A stretch of DNA of 64,000 nucleotides from an uncultured delta proteobacterium. Lineage in GTDB: Bacteria; Desulfobacterota; Binatia; UBA9968. Positions 61,309 through 64,000 of the stretch are shown here, piece by piece. Numbering within the stretch: the stretch's first letter is position 1; every line of letters begins with the position of its first letter. Location: NCBI GenBank assembly GCA_963840855.1, contig CAWJBB010000034.1, positions 32,001-96,000 of the forward strand, given 5' to 3'. The notes below the pieces were generated by a model, which searched no databases, was not told the DNA's origin, and saw nothing but the letters and a program-made list of their open reading frames with translations. The position numbers and the translations under genes were made by a program.

Positions 61309-62799
61309 CTACGCTTCGATGAGCTTCTTCCACTTGTTGTAGATCTTCTCTTTCAACTCTGGCGAAGACTCGGCCACCGGGGGGAAGTCTTTCATCCACT
61401 CGAACGGCCGGCAGGCGTCGATGACCGCGCGGGAGTTGAATCCCTTCTTGCCCGGTTGAATGCGCGGATCGAGCGGGCCGCTCCAGCAGCGGCGCAGTAT
61501 TTCAATCGACTCCACCGGATCGGAGCGGCTGGCCAATGCCCAGAGCACGTCGAAGGTGTTGGTCGGGTCGATATCCTCATCGACGACGATAACGTAGCGC
61601 CCGAGATACGCTCCGGCGTGCACCTGCGAAGCGGCAAGCATCGCCTGGCGCGCATGCCCTGGATAGCGCTGCTTGATCGAGATGATGTTGAACAAGCGGC
61701 CGCCGCCGGCTTCGTGGCACCACACGCCTTTCACGTCGGGAACACCGGCCTTTTCAACCTGCTCCCAAATCAGCGACGCCTTCACCATACATTTGGCGAT
61801 GGAATAGTCTGACGGCGGACGGCCGGGGCGGGCGCAACAGAGGATCGGATCGTTTCTATAGTAGACGTTTTCAACGCGGATCACCGGCTCCGGCCGGCTC
61901 GAGCTCGCGTAGTATCCGGTCCACTCACCGAAGGGGCCTTCGGTCTTTCGGTCAGTCGGATCCATCCAACCTTCAATGACGATTTCCGCGTTAGCGGGGA
62001 AAGGCAGACCGGTCGACTTGCCTTCGATAACTTCGACAGGCTCGCCCTTCAAACCACCGGCATAATCGAATTCGGACACGCCGTAGTCGATCTCGTTACC
62101 GGAGACCATGAACAGGACCGGGTCCTGTCCGACGGAGACGACGACCGGACAAGGTTTGCCGCGCTCGAAGTACTTGTTGCGCTGAATGCCGCCGTGCTTG
62201 CCGGGCGAGATGTATAGCCCCATGCTCCCCTTGTCATGCACCATGCCGCGATAGGCGCCGAAGTTTACCCAGCCTTCGTCCGGGTCGCGCGTGATCACCA
62301 AGCAGGCAGTGCCAATAAACCGGCCGCCGTCGAGCTCGTGCATGAAAGGCACCGGGAACTTCAGGAGATCGATCTTATCGCCGGAGTCGACGTTCTCGAG
62401 CACCGGTCCTTTGGTGACGACTTTGTGCTTGATCGGCTCGTGGCTCATGAGCTTTTGGCGGAAAGCGCGCACCAGGTCCAGGTTCGACAAGTTCATGTCC
62501 AGGCCCAAGTTCAACGCCATCCGTTTGAAGGAAGCGTTCTGGGCGAAGAGGGTGCGGAAACCTTTCGGATAACCGGGAACGTTGTCGAATAAAACGGCCG
62601 GGGTTACGCCGCTCTTGGACTCACGAGCGAATATCTCCGCAAGCGTGCCCATCTCGAGATTCCAATCCACGCCGTCGGCCTTTTTCAGTTCGCCGAAACT
62701 GTCGACGATTTCGAGCCAGTCGCGCAAGTCTTTATACTTCGGGGTTTTCCCCGCCTTCATGTCATCTTCGGCCAGCTTTCTCGCCTCGAGTGCTGTCAT
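61309..62799 (-). CDS. UbiD family (prFMN-dependent) decarboxylase
   Basis: DLRDWL, HELDGGRFIGT, NFGAYR, EGPFGEWTGYY, VVDEDID, IDACRP. Confidence 0.93.
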   Translation of the reverse strand: MTALEARKLAEDDMKAGKTPKYKDLRDWLEIVDSFGELKKADGVDWNLEMGTLAEIFARESKSGVTPAVLFDNVPGYPKGFRTLFAQNASFKRMALNLGLDMNLSNLDLVRAFRQKLMSHEPIKHKVVTKGPVLENVDSGDKIDLLKFPVPFMHELDGGRFIGTACLVITRDPDEGWVNFGAYRGMVHDKGSMGLYISPGKHGGIQRNKYFERGKPCPVVVSVGQDPVLFMVSGNEIDYGVSEFDYAGGLKGEPVEVIEGKSTGLPFPANAEIVIEGWMDPTDRKTEGPFGEWTGYYASSSRPEPVIRVENVYYRNDPILCCARPGRPPSDYSIAKCMVKASLIWEQVEKAGVPDVKGVWCHEAGGGRLFNIISIKQRYPGHARQAMLAASQVHAGAYLGRYVIVVDEDIDPTNTFDVLWALASRSDPVESIEILRRCWSGPLDPRIQPGKKGFNSRAVIDACRPFEWMKDFPPVAESSPELKEKIYNKWKKLIEA

Positions 62800-62836
62800 C
62801 TATATCGATCTCCTTTCAGATTCGCTTGGGCGTATT

Positions 62837-63987
62837 CTAGTCCCCCAGCATCGATTCATCAATACCTTCCTTATCATCGGCCGGCAAACCATTGCAGCTG
62901 CTGGGATCCAAGTGCAGGTACACTTTGTCGCCCGGATTCACCGCATTAAAGGGATGTGTATGCACCGCTATTATGTCATCGCCCACCGCGACTTTGCACT
63001 GATAGGCGTCACCCATAAATATCGGCTTCAGTGACGGTTCCTTCTAAAACGTTATCCATGCTCGCGGGCCTTTCCTTGTGCAGCGGGATATTTTCCGGCC
63101 GGATGGAAATCACCGCTGCCTGATCTTTTTTGAGCGCAGTGGAAGGAATAAAACTCAATATCCCTTTCTTGGTTTGAAGTTTACCGGGACGGCTGTTGCC
63201 GTCGACTTCGAGGACCTTACCCTCAATCAGGTTGGTGAGGCCTAAAAACGTCGCTGTGAAACGTCTCTTCGGACGGGTATACAGTTCGTGCGGCGAGCCG
63301 ATCTCGATCAGCACGCCGGCGTGCATGACCGCGATCTGATCCGAAATCGCCAACGCCTCCGCTTGATCGTGGGTGACGAAAATCGTCGTGATGCTGGTTC
63401 GGCGTTGCAGCGACTTGATCTCTGATCTCATTTGTACGCGCAGCTTGGCGTCCAGGTTACTCAACGGCTCGTCGAGCAGCATGACCTTGGGCTCGTTTAT
63501 CAGCGCCCGCGCAAACGCCACACGCTGCTGCTGGCCGCCTGACAGTTTTGGCGCGGGCCGGTCTTCCAAACCATCCAGCCCCACGATCCTCAAAACGTCG
63601 GTTACGCGCCGCTTGATCTCCGCCCTGGGCCGGCGCTGAATGGTTAGCGGATAGGCGACGTTTTCCGCGACGGTCATATGCGGCCAGATCGCGTAGGATT
63701 GAAAAACCATGCCGATGGGCCGTTTGTTGGTTGGCACGTAGACGACGCTCGCCGGAGGCGTAAACCGCTTGGCCGCCGATATTAATCCGGCCGCCGTCGG
63801 GCCGCTCCAGGCCGGCGACGCAACGCAAGGTCGTGGTTTTGCCGCAACCGCTAGGGCCGAGAAAAGTATAAAGCGAACCCTCGGGAACATTGAGAGACAC
63901 GCCCTTCAAAACGTGAACACGCTCTTTATCTTCGCCGAAATATTTCTCCAACGAGTCGATCTGAACCATGTCTCTCTTCTCTGCCAT
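62837..63987 (-). CDS. ABC transporter ATP-binding protein (Fe3+/polyamine type), frameshifts near 63748 and 63024
   Basis: GPSGCGKTT, MVFQSYAIWPH, LSGGQQQR, LLDEPLSNLD, TOBE-like tail restored by removing single bases. Confidence 0.9.
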
Positions 63988-64000
63988 AAATCCTCCCGGA

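Noticed and set aside
5228-63750. Programmed ribosomal frameshifting or phase variation in the split genes
   Set aside because: No consistent slippery motif or long repeat tract; indels are scattered across unrelated genes

Overview
GC-rich bacterial window dominated by catabolic and redox enzymes. These include hydantoinase/oxoprolinase A and B, two M24-fold proteins, a nitroreductase, two xanthine-dehydrogenase-family Mo subunits, SDR, Zn-ADH, LigB-type dioxygenase, amidohydrolase, two TPP enzymes, two LLM monooxygenases, MmgE/PrpD and UbiD. There are many solute-binding proteins (COG2984 x2, NMT1/SsuA-like x2, TctC x2, TAXI-like x2), plus a TctCAB and a TAXI-TRAP transporter. The gene content and repeat style resemble uncultured soil lineages such as Candidatus Binatia (inference only). 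Highlights: (1) a selenoprotein missed by the ORF track, a glutaredoxin-like UxxC domain fused to a DinB domain with an in-frame TGA and a SECIS-like hairpin, lying downstream of a signal-peptide-less TAXI-fold gene and a Zn-ADH; (2) three paralogous ~720-aa secreted proteins with a single CxxCH motif and a predicted beta-propeller, function unknown; (3) an integrase-less integron cassette with a canonical attC carrying an ApeA-like HEPN gene directly behind a TIR gene, in an island with TA remnants and a guanidine-II-riboswitch/sugE unit; (4) very diverse, partly nested REP/MITE-like palindromes in most intergenic spaces. About ten genes carry single-base frameshifts, probably assembly indels. 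No rRNA, tRNA, CRISPR array or intact transposase/integrase was seen.
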